Source of the DNA: a virus
Lineage: Duplodnaviria > Caudoviricetes
Reading direction: 5' to 3' (one strand)
Virus record (IMG/VR): IMGVR_UViG_3300010042_000001
Coordinates: 1 to 63,118 of that record
DNA length: 63,118 bases
Shown piece by piece: positions 33,798-43,390 of the stretch. Each line of letters opens with the position of its first letter. Positions within the stretch are counted from its first letter, which is position 1. The notes beneath the pieces are model-generated. The model was not told the origin of the DNA, searched no databases, and was given only the letters and a program-made list of their open reading frames with translations. The position numbers and the translations under genes were made by a program.

Positions 33798-35915
33798 ATG
33801 AAACTTTGGCTTGATCGCGAGACCTTCGGCGAAGATGACTTGACCGAAGTCGGCGCCTACAAATACGCCGAGACAGCCGAGGATATCCTGGTCTCCTACG
33901 CCATCGACGATGGTCCGGTAAAAGACTGGGACGTTACCGCCGAACCGATACCGGCAGACCTCCGGCACGCGATGGAGCACGCCGAAGAGGTGTGGGCCCA
34001 CAACGCCACGTTCGACCGCGCCGTACAAGACGGCCCAAAGCAGAGCCACCTCCCACACATCGATCTTCGCCGCTGGCGCTGCAGCATGGCCATGGCGTTG
34101 TCGCACGCGCTGCCGGCCAGCCTCGCCGATCTGGGCATGGCCTTGAACCTGCCTGCCGAGCTGCAGAAGCTCGACACTGGCAAGAAACTGATCAACCTCT
34201 TTTGCAAGCCGCAGCCCAGCAACCGCAAGTTGCGCCGGTGCACTCGGCTGACACACCCCGTCGAATGGGAGAAGTTCCGCCAGTACGCGCGCAACGATAT
34301 CGCCGCCATGCGAGAGAGCGTTCGGCAGATGCCGGTCTTCAACTGGGACGCGGCCTGTATCGAGGAATACCACCACGACCAGGAGATCAACCAGCGCGGT
34401 TTCTACGCCGACCTGGAACTTACCGCCGCTGGACAGCGGGCCTCGGAGACGGAAAAGGTCCGCATCCATGCCCAGGTGGCGCAGATCCTCGGTTGCAGCA
34501 TCCGGGTGAGCCAGCGGGACAAGTTCCGTGACCTATTGAACGAGCGCTATGGGCTCGATCTGGAGGACACGAAAAAGGACACATTCCTCCACGTCCTCAA
34601 GAATTCCAACCTCCACCCAGAGTGCGCCGCGCTGCTCAATCTCGCGCTGCAGGCCAACAAGACCTCGACGGCCAAGTACGCCAAGCTGCACCCCGCCATC
34701 CAGCACGACCGCCGGTTCCGTGGGGGCCTGCAGTTCTGTGGCGCGAGCCGCACGCGGCGCCTGGCCGGCCGGATGTTCCAGGCCCAGAACCTGCCCAGCC
34801 GTGGCTTGCCCAAAGCGGACAAGGTGGAGCTGTACATCGACACGCTGAAAGAGGACGCGCACCACCTCTTTTTCGAGGACAAGGAACTGATGTGGTACGG
34901 GGCGGCTGCGCTGCGCGGCGTGATCATTGCGCCCCCTGGCAAAAAGCTCGTGGCCTGCGACTTGTCCAACATCGAAGGCCGCATGCTGGCATGGGTGTCC
35001 GGCGAGCAGTGGAAACTCGATGCGTTCCGCGCCTATGACGCCGGCACCGGGCCCGACCTCTACAACATCACCGCTGTGAACATCATCGGCGGCGACCCCT
35101 GGAAAGTCGAGAAGCACAACCGCAACGCCTTCGGCAAGGTGCCTGATCTGGCCTCGGGCTACATGGGCGGCGTGTCCGGCTACCAGACCTTCGCCAAGGC
35201 GTACAACACGCGCATGGCCGACCACTGGGGCACGATCCAAAAGCAGATCGCCCCGGCCCACATCAGCAAGGCGCGCGACAACCTGGAGAAGTTCGGCCGC
35301 CGGCAGATGGACGAAATGCAGATCAGCGAGATCGAGTGGCTGGCCAGTGAGACCTGCAAGGTCGCTTGGCGCGCCCGCCATCCGGCCACCGTGGCGTTCT
35401 GGTATGCGCTGCAGGACGCGGCGATGAACGCGATCAACGAGTGGGGCAAGACCTTCCGCGCCGGCAAGCTGGTCAAAGTGAAGTGCGTCACGGTCAATGG
35501 CCACCGCTGGCTGATCGTCCGCTTGCCCTCGGGTCGGTATCTCACCTACTACGACCCCAAGCTCTTGCCTGGCTCGTTCGGCCGCAAGCAGATCACCTAC
35601 ATGGGCGACGCAGCGGAAAAGGCCGGCGACAAGCGCGGTTGGATTCGGGTCTACACCCATGGCGGCAAGATGACCGGTAACGTGTGCCAGAGCACGGCGC
35701 GCGATATCCTGGTGCCTGCCCTGCAGAAAGCTGAAACGATGGGCTACCTGCCTGTGATCAGCGTCCACGACGAGGGTGTTTGCGAGGTGCCTGACCACCC
35801 CAGTTTCAGCGTCGAGGGCTTGTCGGCGCTGCTCACCGAGGAACGCGACTGGACCAAGGGCCTGCCCCTGGCGGCCAGCGGCTTCGAGGGCCCCCGGTAC
35901 AAGAAAGAGGACTGA
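33798..35915 (+). CDS. Family A DNA polymerase with 3'-5' exonuclease domain
   Basis: WLDRET, AHNATFDR, motif A DLSNIEGR, motif B R..GKV..LA.GY.GG, motif C SVHDE. Confidence 0.95.
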   Translation: MKLWLDRETFGEDDLTEVGAYKYAETAEDILVSYAIDDGPVKDWDVTAEPIPADLRHAMEHAEEVWAHNATFDRAVQDGPKQSHLPHIDLRRWRCSMAMALSHALPASLADLGMALNLPAELQKLDTGKKLINLFCKPQPSNRKLRRCTRLTHPVEWEKFRQYARNDIAAMRESVRQMPVFNWDAACIEEYHHDQEINQRGFYADLELTAAGQRASETEKVRIHAQVAQILGCSIRVSQRDKFRDLLNERYGLDLEDTKKDTFLHVLKNSNLHPECAALLNLALQANKTSTAKYAKLHPAIQHDRRFRGGLQFCGASRTRRLAGRMFQAQNLPSRGLPKADKVELYIDTLKEDAHHLFFEDKELMWYGAAALRGVIIAPPGKKLVACDLSNIEGRMLAWVSGEQWKLDAFRAYDAGTGPDLYNITAVNIIGGDPWKVEKHNRNAFGKVPDLASGYMGGVSGYQTFAKAYNTRMADHWGTIQKQIAPAHISKARDNLEKFGRRQMDEMQISEIEWLASETCKVAWRARHPATVAFWYALQDAAMNAINEWGKTFRAGKLVKVKCVTVNGHRWLIVRLPSGRYLTYYDPKLLPGSFGRKQITYMGDAAEKAGDKRGWIRVYTHGGKMTGNVCQSTARDILVPALQKAETMGYLPVISVHDEGVCEVPDHPSFSVEGLSALLTEERDWTKGLPLAASGFEGPRYKKED

Positions 35916-35917
35916 CC

Positions 35918-36175
35918 ATGGGCGACGAAGCCGACCGACTGATCGATCTTTTCTGGAAAGGCATCGACGTGCGCGCCGGTCGTGGTTTTGCCCGCCGGCC
36001 AAGCTGGCAAGAGCACCCAGACCCTAAGTGCAGCTACTGCGGCCAGAGCGAGGGGCTGCGCTGGAAAGAAACCGAGAACGGCTGGCGGCTCCATGAAAAG
36101 GAGCACCCCGGCAATCGGTATGTACAACACGTCTGCCCGACGACGGCAGACGGCTTTGAGGATGAATCCCTGTGA
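35918..36175 (+). CDS. Small Zn-ribbon protein
   Basis: GAGGA RBS; CSYC...L.W......W.L...HVC; acidic tail DGFEDESL. Confidence 0.7.
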   Translation: MGDEADRLIDLFWKGIDVRAGRGFARRPSWQEHPDPKCSYCGQSEGLRWKETENGWRLHEKEHPGNRYVQHVCPTTADGFEDESL

Positions 36176-36732
36176 CTGAATTCCATGACCTGATGATCGA
36201 CGTCGAGAGCGCAGGCAAGGGCGCAACGGGCGCGCTCATGTCCATCGGCGCTGTCTTTTTCAACTACACCAACGAGTGCGTGCTGGGCCCCACCTTCAAC
36301 AAAGTGATCCACCTGGCCACGTCCGTTCGCGACGGCGGAACCATGGACCCGAGCACGTTCCTGTGGTGGATGCGGCAAAGCCAAGAGGCACGGTTTGCCG
36401 TGGCCTTCGGCGGCGGTGAGGTCCGCGAGGTGCTGGCTGAGTTCACCAAATTCATCGAAGAGACCAGTACGGTCAAGGACGTCCGGCCATGGGGCAACTC
36501 CCCGAAGTTCGACATGCAGAAGATCGAACACGCCTACAAAGGCGCGCGCTTGCCGGTCCCCTGGCACTTTACCAACGAGCGGTGTTTCCGCACCGTGCGA
36601 TGCCTGCATGCCCATGTCGTTTACGACCCAAAGGAGAAGGGCACAGGCAATCACAACGCCCTGGACGATGCTATCTTTCAGGCGAAACACCTGTTCAAAA
36701 TCCGCAACTACCGAAAGGCACCCAATGCGTGA
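36172..36732 (+). CDS. 3'-5' exonuclease (DEDDh, ExoVIII/DUF5051-like)
   Basis: LMIDVES, WGNSPKFD, RCFRT, HNALDDAIFQA. Confidence 0.88.
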   Translation: MTEFHDLMIDVESAGKGATGALMSIGAVFFNYTNECVLGPTFNKVIHLATSVRDGGTMDPSTFLWWMRQSQEARFAVAFGGGEVREVLAEFTKFIEETSTVKDVRPWGNSPKFDMQKIEHAYKGARLPVPWHFTNERCFRTVRCLHAHVVYDPKEKGTGNHNALDDAIFQAKHLFKIRNYRKAPNA

Positions 36733-36994
36733 AAGCGATATCGAGAAGTACCTGCACGACCGCGTGCGCGAGCTGGGCGGCGATTACCGTCGCTGCCAAT
36801 GGATCGGCGCCAACAATGCGCAGGACGATTTCATTCGGCTCCCCGGCCGGCACCTGTGGGTCGAGTGCAAGCGCCCCGGTAAGCGGGTCACACCGGCGCA
36901 AGCGCGCGAGCGCGACCGCATGCGAGCCGCTGGCTGCGAAGTCCACGAAGTCAACAGCACTGCTGAAATCGACGCCATCCTGCCCAAGCCGTGA
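36725..36994 (+). CDS. VRR-NUC nuclease
   Basis: MRESDIEKYL...V...GG, WVECKRPG....PAQ. Confidence 0.88.
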   Translation: MRESDIEKYLHDRVRELGGDYRRCQWIGANNAQDDFIRLPGRHLWVECKRPGKRVTPAQARERDRMRAAGCEVHEVNSTAEIDAILPKP

Positions 36995-37425
36995 GCACAG
37001 AGCAGGCACTGGCTGTCCTGCGCGCACGCACGGCGGCAAAGGAAAACGAGCTGGTGGCGCACATGCGCAAGCAGCCGAACGGTATGACCGTGCGGGAGAT
37101 CGCGGACCACATGCACCTGGGCATCGAGCGCGCGAAAAAGTACGGGCGACAACTGCTGGCCCAGAAGCGGATCTACATCGCCGAGTGGCGACCGTGTGAT
37201 GGCACGCTCGGCCAGCGAGCCCAGGTCTTCCGGGTCGGCAACCTGCCCAGCGTGAAGCGGCCCAAGGCAAAGCCAAGGGTTGTTGTCCAGCGGCAAAGCC
37301 GAGCCCGCCGTCGCAAAGCGGACCCGGATCAACACGCAGCGCGTCTTGACCGCGCAAACACCAGACGTCGTAAACCACCCAAGCCGGACATGCTCCTGGC
37401 TGCTTTCTTTGGACCCACCGCATGA
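36991..37425 (+). CDS. HTH DNA-binding protein
   Basis: GMTVREIADHMHLG...IYIAEW; basic C-terminal half. Confidence 0.65.
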   Translation: MSTEQALAVLRARTAAKENELVAHMRKQPNGMTVREIADHMHLGIERAKKYGRQLLAQKRIYIAEWRPCDGTLGQRAQVFRVGNLPSVKRPKAKPRVVVQRQSRARRRKADPDQHAARLDRANTRRRKPPKPDMLLAAFFGPTA

Positions 37426-38876
37426 GCCGCATTTTCGTCCCGCGCGAGTACCAGCACCTGATGCTGGATTTCGGCATGGAGCACGAGCGCTGCAACTGGT
37501 TTGTAGGCATGGGCTTGGGCAAGACCAGTAGCGGCGTGGAGCTGTTCGACCGCCTACGCCTGCTGGGTGAAGTCCAGCGGCTGCTGGTGCTGGCGCCCAA
37601 GCGCGTGGCCGAGTCATCCTGGCCAGGGGAGGTCACGAAGTGGGGTGAGTCGTTCGGCCACCTCAAGGTCGCCGCAGCCATCGGCACGCCAGAAAAGCGC
37701 CTGGCCGCGCTGCGCAGCACACCGGACATTCTCACAATCAACTACGACAACATCGAGTGGCTGATGGAGCAGTACGGCGAGCACTGGCCATTCGACATGG
37801 TGATAGCGGACGAGAGCACGCGATTGAAGGGCTTGCGGATCAGCTACCAACAGCGCAGGAAAAAGGACGGCACGCTCGGCAAGGAATTCATGCAGGGTCA
37901 AGGTGCCTCGCGCGCCAAGGCCCTTGCCGGCATAGCGCACAAGAAAGTCCGCCGGTGGGTCAACCTGACCGGTAGCCCAGCGCCGAACGGCCTGGTGGAC
38001 CTGTGGGGCCAGCAGTGGTTTATCGACCGAGGCGAGGGCCTCGGCAACTCGTTCGACCACTTCAAGAAACGCTGGTTCACGCAGAAGATCGGCAGCAGCC
38101 GCGAGCAGGAGCGCCTGGAGCCCAAGGCGCACGCGCTGCGCGAGATCCGGCGCGAAGTGAAGAAACACAGCATTGTGGTGGATGCGCGCGACTGGTTCGA
38201 TATCAAGGCGCCCATCGTCTCCCACCAGATGATCACGCTGCCGCCGGCCGCCCGCAGGCAGTACCGGGAAATGGAAAAGGAATTTTTCACCTGGGTGGGC
38301 GAGCACCCGCTGGAGGTCTTCGCCGCCGGCCCCAAGATGAATAAGTGCCTGCAGTTGGCCAGTGGCTCTGTGCTCTACAACCACGAGGGTGATTGGGCCC
38401 CTGTCCACAAAGAGAAGCTGGAGGCCCTGCGCAGCATCGTCGAGGAAACGAACGGCGAGCCGCTGCTGGTTGCCTACCAGTACCGCGCTGATCTGGAGCG
38501 AATCTTGAAAGAGTTCCCGCAGGCCCGCAGCCTGCAGAAGAACAGCGACCGCACGATCAAGGCATTCCAGGCCGGCGAGATCCCCATGCTCGTCGTCCAT
38601 CCAGCCAGCGCTGGCCACGGGTTGGATCTGCAGCATAGCTGCCACATCATGGTGGACTACTCCAGCGGCTGGAACCTAGAGCTGGACGAGCAGGTGATCG
38701 AGCGCATCGGGCCCACCCGGCAAGCGCAGATCGGCCGCAACGTGGCGGTGTTCCGTTACCGCATCGTGGCTCAGGACACACTCGAAGAGACGTTCATCCT
38801 GCCGCTGCTGGAGCAGAAGGCCGGATTCCAAGAGGCCCTGAAAAATGCAATGAAACGCCAACGAGCCCTTGCGTAG
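37422..38876 (+). CDS. SNF2-family helicase
   Basis: GMGLGKT, IADES, LTGSPAPN, HPASAGHGLDLQ. Confidence 0.92.
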   Translation: MSRIFVPREYQHLMLDFGMEHERCNWFVGMGLGKTSSGVELFDRLRLLGEVQRLLVLAPKRVAESSWPGEVTKWGESFGHLKVAAAIGTPEKRLAALRSTPDILTINYDNIEWLMEQYGEHWPFDMVIADESTRLKGLRISYQQRRKKDGTLGKEFMQGQGASRAKALAGIAHKKVRRWVNLTGSPAPNGLVDLWGQQWFIDRGEGLGNSFDHFKKRWFTQKIGSSREQERLEPKAHALREIRREVKKHSIVVDARDWFDIKAPIVSHQMITLPPAARRQYREMEKEFFTWVGEHPLEVFAAGPKMNKCLQLASGSVLYNHEGDWAPVHKEKLEALRSIVEETNGEPLLVAYQYRADLERILKEFPQARSLQKNSDRTIKAFQAGEIPMLVVHPASAGHGLDLQHSCHIMVDYSSGWNLELDEQVIERIGPTRQAQIGRNVAVFRYRIVAQDTLEETFILPLLEQKAGFQEALKNAMKRQRALA

Positions 38877-38897
38877 TTATTTCGCATTCGCTAAACT
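38869..38897 (+). promoter_or_regulatory. Sigma70 promoter with operator motif
   Basis: TTGCGT-N17-TAAACT; duplicate of the 31265 promoter core. Confidence 0.75.
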
Positions 38898-38929
38898 CTG
38901 TACTCCTTTTCCCAACCACCTGAAAGACC

Positions 38930-39886
38930 GTGACTATGCACACCAAATACACCCTCGGCTCAACCTGGATCACCAGCGAAGGCCACGAGGTCTACATCGC
39001 GGGCCATATCGCATCCCGCGATCTGCTGCGCGGTGTTTCTTTCACCGCCGACGAAAAAGGGCAAGACGCATTCGGCTTCTGGGGCGCGACTACCGGCACC
39101 GCTTTCGATCTCACCGCTACCAACATCGGGCACCTGGAACGTCGGGTCGGTCAATCCTCGGCGCACGGCAGTACCGCACACATCGACCGTGGCGACGGCA
39201 GCAATCAAATCTTCCGCGATATCAGCGAACTGGCTCGCCAAAACGACGCTGTTTCGATTCGCCATCTGCATGTTGACGCAGATCCAGCCGCCGTGGAAAA
39301 AGTGCTCGCCAACATGGGCATCAAGGTGATCAAGGTCGATGTGAAAAACCTGCGGTCAAGCCCCTTCAATCACCGAGTTGAGCCGGCCAGTGCGACAACC
39401 CAAGCATGCCGGGACATGTTCGTGAGCGGGGTACAGGACCGCATGGCTGCGGACAGCGGCCCTGACGCCGATGGACTGGCCTCTGAAACGCTCTCGGCCT
39501 TGGGCTGGGTGTTCAACGGCCAGGCGTGGGAGGAACCCGAACCAGGTGAACTCGCCAACATGGCCGGCTGGCCAGCGCCTGTCGAGGGCTACGCGGTCTT
39601 GCAAGCGGCCCTCGGTGCTGCCTACGACCAGTCGGCACGCGGCAAAGGCAAGGAACGCCACGCGACCGCCGGCACCGCCTTCGAGAACCAACCGCTGATC
39701 AGCATCAACGAAATGCTCGGTTCTGTGGACGGCGCCCTCTACCAGGTCATGAAAAAGACCCAGGAGTCGAGTCGCCTGCCCGTGGAGCGCGCTCGTGCCG
39801 AGCTGTTGGGCGCCATGGTCTACGCCGCTGCCGCCTGGCACATGCTGGGCGAAAAGCAGATCCAACAGAACCTGGACCAATTCTGA
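38930..39886 (+). CDS. Hypothetical protein with C-terminal GKG.ERHA domain
   Basis: AYDQSA.GKGKERHA....FE.QP...ELLGA.VY motif. Confidence 0.75.
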   Translation: MTMHTKYTLGSTWITSEGHEVYIAGHIASRDLLRGVSFTADEKGQDAFGFWGATTGTAFDLTATNIGHLERRVGQSSAHGSTAHIDRGDGSNQIFRDISELARQNDAVSIRHLHVDADPAAVEKVLANMGIKVIKVDVKNLRSSPFNHRVEPASATTQACRDMFVSGVQDRMAADSGPDADGLASETLSALGWVFNGQAWEEPEPGELANMAGWPAPVEGYAVLQAALGAAYDQSARGKGKERHATAGTAFENQPLISINEMLGSVDGALYQVMKKTQESSRLPVERARAELLGAMVYAAAAWHMLGEKQIQQNLDQF

Positions 39887-40182
39887 TGACCGACACACTT
39901 TGGATCATGCTCGCCCTGGTCTTGGTGGTGCTCCTGGTGCTGCTGGTGGGCATCTGGGCCTTCCGAAAGGGGGTGGTCGAGGGGTCGGCCCCGTTCACTG
40001 ACCAAGGGGCCTTGCTGGAGATCCTGGCAGCGGGCCCCTACATGCTGATGCCGAACTCACGTGGCCAGTGGTGCGTGGCCACGGCCGAGGGCAAGCTGGT
40101 GCTGGCGGGTCACGACCCTCTCGACGCGCTGAAAGGCTTGCGCGAGCACTACCACCACATGCCGGACCCCGAGCAGTCATGA
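39886..40182 (+). CDS. N-terminal TM protein
   Basis: LWIMLALVLVVLLVLLVGIW; TGATG-coupled. Confidence 0.65.
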   Translation: MTDTLWIMLALVLVVLLVLLVGIWAFRKGVVEGSAPFTDQGALLEILAAGPYMLMPNSRGQWCVATAEGKLVLAGHDPLDALKGLREHYHHMPDPEQS

Positions 40183-40481
40183 GAGTCATCGTTTCCGGCC
40201 CCGTCGAGTACGAGGACATTCAAGACGCCGAGTTGCTGGCCGGGATTGTGACCACGCAGCTCGTGAGCAACGGTGTGGAGCACCTGCCCGACCTTGAGCT
40301 GTTCATCGATCTCAAGCCAGCACTGGTCTTTCCACTGGACCCAAAAATCCTCGGCCTGTTCGGTGTGCTCTCTCGGGATTACACCCTGGTGCAGAACGCG
40401 GATGCCCTGATCGTTAAAGGCAAGAACAAGCACCTGGTGAAGGTGGCGACCCAGTACAAGCTGCTGATCTACGAAGCATAA
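40179..40481 (+). CDS. SLOG/DUF2493-like protein (degenerate)
   Basis: MRVIVSG..., R...LV..ADALI. Confidence 0.55.
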   Translation: MRVIVSGPVEYEDIQDAELLAGIVTTQLVSNGVEHLPDLELFIDLKPALVFPLDPKILGLFGVLSRDYTLVQNADALIVKGKNKHLVKVATQYKLLIYEA

Positions 40482-40510
40482 AAAAGGGCCCCTCGGGGCC
40501 CTTCTCTTTT
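40481..40510. terminator. Bidirectional terminator between convergent operons
   Basis: AAAAAGGGCCCC-TC-GGGGCCCTTCTCTTTT. Confidence 0.85.
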
Positions 40511-40709
40511 ACGACGGTGGGGGCAAGCCCTGTCGCTTGCTTCCCGCCGGCACTTCGCTGATCTGGATGCCCTGTGTGCTGTGCACCAGCAAATCCACCG
40601 ACTCACCTGGTTCCAGGATCTGCGCCTGGCCATTCTGCCCGCCAACACGCACCAGGGCCTCGTAGGGTCCGTTTTCTTTTGGCACCGTGATCTTTACCGT
40701 CAAGGTCAT
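40509..40709 (-). CDS. Hypothetical protein
   Basis: GGGAGAG RBS before MTLTVKI. Confidence 0.65.
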   Translation of the reverse strand: MTLTVKITVPKENGPYEALVRVGGQNGQAQILEPGESVDLLVHSTQGIQISEVPAGSKRQGLPPPS

Positions 40710-40754
40710 TTTTCTCTCCCAAAGCAAATTGCCGGCATCCGGCCGGCGCGGGGT

Positions 40755-41276
40755 TCAGTTGGCCAGGAGTGCTCGGTCCGCGTCCAGTTGCCGGCGCAGC
40801 AAGACTACTTCTGCGTCCCGCCGCCCAAGATCCGCTCGGAGTCCTGCGACCACTTCAACCCCTTCGACAATGTGCCGGTCGAAGGTTTCAAGTCGATCTG
40901 CGAGACCTCGGCAGGCAGCTTCGTTGGCTTGGGCCGTGGCACGGTAAGTGGCGGCTCTGCGGTCGGCTTCGACGCGCAGCCGCTCACTGCGGCCAAGCTC
41001 GCTGCGCAAAGCATCATCACGAGCAGGTTTCGACTGTTGGAATTCATGTACGGCTCCTTGGGTTGATTCGGCGTGTGCGACTTGCTTCTCCGAATTCTGG
41101 GTGACGGCCGAGGCATACGCGATGGCCGCCTTGGCTCGGTTGGCTTCGACCTCGGCGATCAAGGTGCGCCTGGCCAGTTGCTCGGTGTGCAGGCGCCAGG
41201 TCTGGGTGAGCACAGCGGCCAGCAGCACGAGCGCGAGGATCTGGAAACCATAGGCTTTGATTTTATCGAACAGCAT
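40755..41276 (-). CDS. Rz: i-spanin
   Basis: N-terminal TM, coiled coil, nested lipoprotein gene. Confidence 0.8.
   Translation of the reverse strand: MLFDKIKAYGFQILALVLLAAVLTQTWRLHTEQLARRTLIAEVEANRAKAAIAYASAVTQNSEKQVAHAESTQGAVHEFQQSKPARDDALRSELGRSERLRVEADRRAATYRATAQANEAACRGLADRLETFDRHIVEGVEVVAGLRADLGRRDAEVVLLRRQLDADRALLAN
40805..41047 (-). CDS. Rz1: o-spanin lipoprotein embedded in Rz
   Basis: AAGGAG RBS; lipobox VSG-C; Pro-rich mature part; alternate frame. Confidence 0.8.
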   Translation of the reverse strand: MNSNSRNLLVMMLCAASLAAVSGCASKPTAEPPLTVPRPKPTKLPAEVSQIDLKPSTGTLSKGLKWSQDSERILGGGTQK

Positions 41277-41277
41277 G

Positions 41278-41502
41278 TCATACCTCAATGATTACATCGG
41301 TTAGCGCCGGGGCCTGCGCCTGAATAACCCCTGCTTGGAAATACACCTGGTCGTCCACGGCGGCATCGCCTCGTGCGGTATGCCGGCCGCCCTCCGGTGT
41401 CTCAATAGTGGCAACGCCACCGCTGTATTCCACCACGACCCCGACCAGCAGTGGCTCGTTCGGCAAGAGCTTGCGGAAACGGGTGAAAAAGTTGTTACTC
41501 AT
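41278..41502 (-). CDS. Small tail-associated protein
   Basis: N.F..F..LLP..PL.VG motif at the end of the tail module. Confidence 0.7.
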   Translation of the reverse strand: MSNNFFTRFRKLLPNEPLLVGVVVEYSGGVATIETPEGGRHTARGDAAVDDQVYFQAGVIQAQAPALTDVIIEV

Positions 41503-43381
41503 GGACCTCTACCTCCAGGGTTTGCGTGATCACGTTGGCATCAGCGGCCACCGCCACGGAGCGAGAGAGCCCGATGCGGGTCACACCCTCGTCCACGTAG
41601 CGCACGAACCGGCCTGGCTTGATCACCCCTGTGCTTTCCAGGACCGGCAGTTTCAGGCCGACCGTCGCAATGCTACCCGTGTTTGCCAGTACCGGGATGC
41701 CGCGCTGCCGGGCTGCGATCTCGTGGGTCATGAGTGCGTCCACCACCATCTGGGCCGCCAGGTCGCCAGCGGTCCCGGCGCGCGTCACACGGCCCCGCAC
41801 ACCCACGCTCATGCCTTGCACGAACACGCGGTTGTAGCGCGGCCGGTAGGCCCAACGGATGCTCTCGCGCGAGGCCACGGCCGATGGCAGCTCGAAGTCC
41901 GGCACCACGTCGCCCCAATTCCACGGCGCCTCGGGGTAGTGGAGGTGAACCTGCAGCTCGTCGTCGGTGTTGTGGGGCTGCAGGTAGCCGCCTGCGCTGG
42001 CGGCCAGCGACTGCAGGGCCGTGATGTACGTCCCCTGGTGATTCCACACGCCGGCCGGCACGAGCCAGTCGTTGGGGTTCCACTGCAGATCCCAGCCGAT
42101 GCCCACGCCGTTGTCGGTCAGGATCTCGTTGCCGATCTGCTGCGCGTTGCGGTCGCCTGTGTTGAAAAAGCTCTTGATCGGCGAATAGGGGTCGGCCAGC
42201 AACGCGGACTTGCCCGTGCCGGTTATGGCCAGGGTGCCCTTCGCGAACTCACGGTCGCTGTCCACGAGCTGGATCAGCAGATTGAACTCTTCCCCGTTGA
42301 TCGTGGCGATGGCTTCGATGGGCTCCCCGAACGTGTTCCGGCGGACCAGAGGCAGTGCAGCGATGGGCGCCGTAGCCCTGAAATTCCAGGTGTACGAATC
42401 CCGGTCCAGGGTCAGGCCCATGCTGGTGCAAGGGATGTTGGCGCCGTTATCCGCGCGCACGAGGGACGAGGAATTGATCACGATATAGCTCTCCAGAACC
42501 GGAACGATGATGGTCTCGCCAGGTGGCGTGACGTGGCGTTCGCAGAAAAACACGAGGTCGGTGCTGCCCGTCCAGGGGTCTTTGAACACCAGGTTGGCGG
42601 GCACTACCGGCAGATAGCATGGGTCGACCTCGGGCGGCTGCACCCCGCCGATAACCGAACGACCTGGTGGCGGCGGGCGACCCTCTTCGTAGCGCAACCG
42701 CAGATATGTGTTCAGTTGTCGAGCCGAACCAGCGCGGTCACGGAAACTCTGCTGCAGAGGCACTGTCTCTTGAAACCGCTGGCGGCCGGCGGCCTGCACA
42801 AAACGGCCTTCCTGGAACCGCTGCACCACGGTGTGCATCAGGCGCTCGGCCTCTTGGAACCGTTGGCGATTCGCAGCCTGTACAGACCGACCCTCTTGGA
42901 ACGTCTGCCGGGTATACACCTGCAAGCCCTTGGCCTCTTGCCAGCTCTGGCCAGCGGTTGCGTGCAAACCACGGGTATCCTGCCAACGGGACGTGACCGC
43001 GCGCTGCAAAGGCGCGGCCTCCTGATATCGGTCGGCCACGGGCGCCCGCAGAAACGGCGCGTCTTCCCAGTGCTGCCCTACCGTCACCTGCAGCGGTTTT
43101 GCATCCTGCCAGCGCTGACGCACCTCGCCGACGAGAGAACGGTCCACGTTCACATCGTAGGCCGCGCGCACAGACCCCCGTAGGCCCGTCAGACGGCCCG
43201 TGGAGGTAAGGATCACCGCCAGCTTGACCCGAGCGGTGCCGCGCAGCCCTGTAAGCCGCCCTGACGCCGTTAGCGTGACGTCGGGGATAGCCGGCGGGCC
43301 GGACTCTTCGCCGAACACCAACGGTACGGGGTTGCCGGTTGTGTGCGGCGGTAGCCCAAAAACGAGATCGACTGACGCCAC
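41495..43381 (-). CDS. Tail tip/hub structural protein
   Basis: 628 aa with (W/F/Y)QE repeats; tail module position. Confidence 0.75.
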   Translation of the reverse strand: MASVDLVFGLPPHTTGNPVPLVFGEESGPPAIPDVTLTASGRLTGLRGTARVKLAVILTSTGRLTGLRGSVRAAYDVNVDRSLVGEVRQRWQDAKPLQVTVGQHWEDAPFLRAPVADRYQEAAPLQRAVTSRWQDTRGLHATAGQSWQEAKGLQVYTRQTFQEGRSVQAANRQRFQEAERLMHTVVQRFQEGRFVQAAGRQRFQETVPLQQSFRDRAGSARQLNTYLRLRYEEGRPPPPGRSVIGGVQPPEVDPCYLPVVPANLVFKDPWTGSTDLVFFCERHVTPPGETIIVPVLESYIVINSSSLVRADNGANIPCTSMGLTLDRDSYTWNFRATAPIAALPLVRRNTFGEPIEAIATINGEEFNLLIQLVDSDREFAKGTLAITGTGKSALLADPYSPIKSFFNTGDRNAQQIGNEILTDNGVGIGWDLQWNPNDWLVPAGVWNHQGTYITALQSLAASAGGYLQPHNTDDELQVHLHYPEAPWNWGDVVPDFELPSAVASRESIRWAYRPRYNRVFVQGMSVGVRGRVTRAGTAGDLAAQMVVDALMTHEIAARQRGIPVLANTGSIATVGLKLPVLESTGVIKPGRFVRYVDEGVTRIGLSRSVAVAADANVITQTLEVEVHE

Positions 43382-43390
43382 GTGGGCCCC

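Noticed and set aside
33798-35915. Modified-base (Z or 7-deazaguanine) genome
   Set aside because: No purZ, datZ, que/dpd or other base-modification genes recognised.
42740-43120. WQE/FQE repeats as a DGR or variable repeat
   Set aside because: Degenerate protein-level repeats in a tail protein; no reverse transcriptase or TR/VR pair seen.
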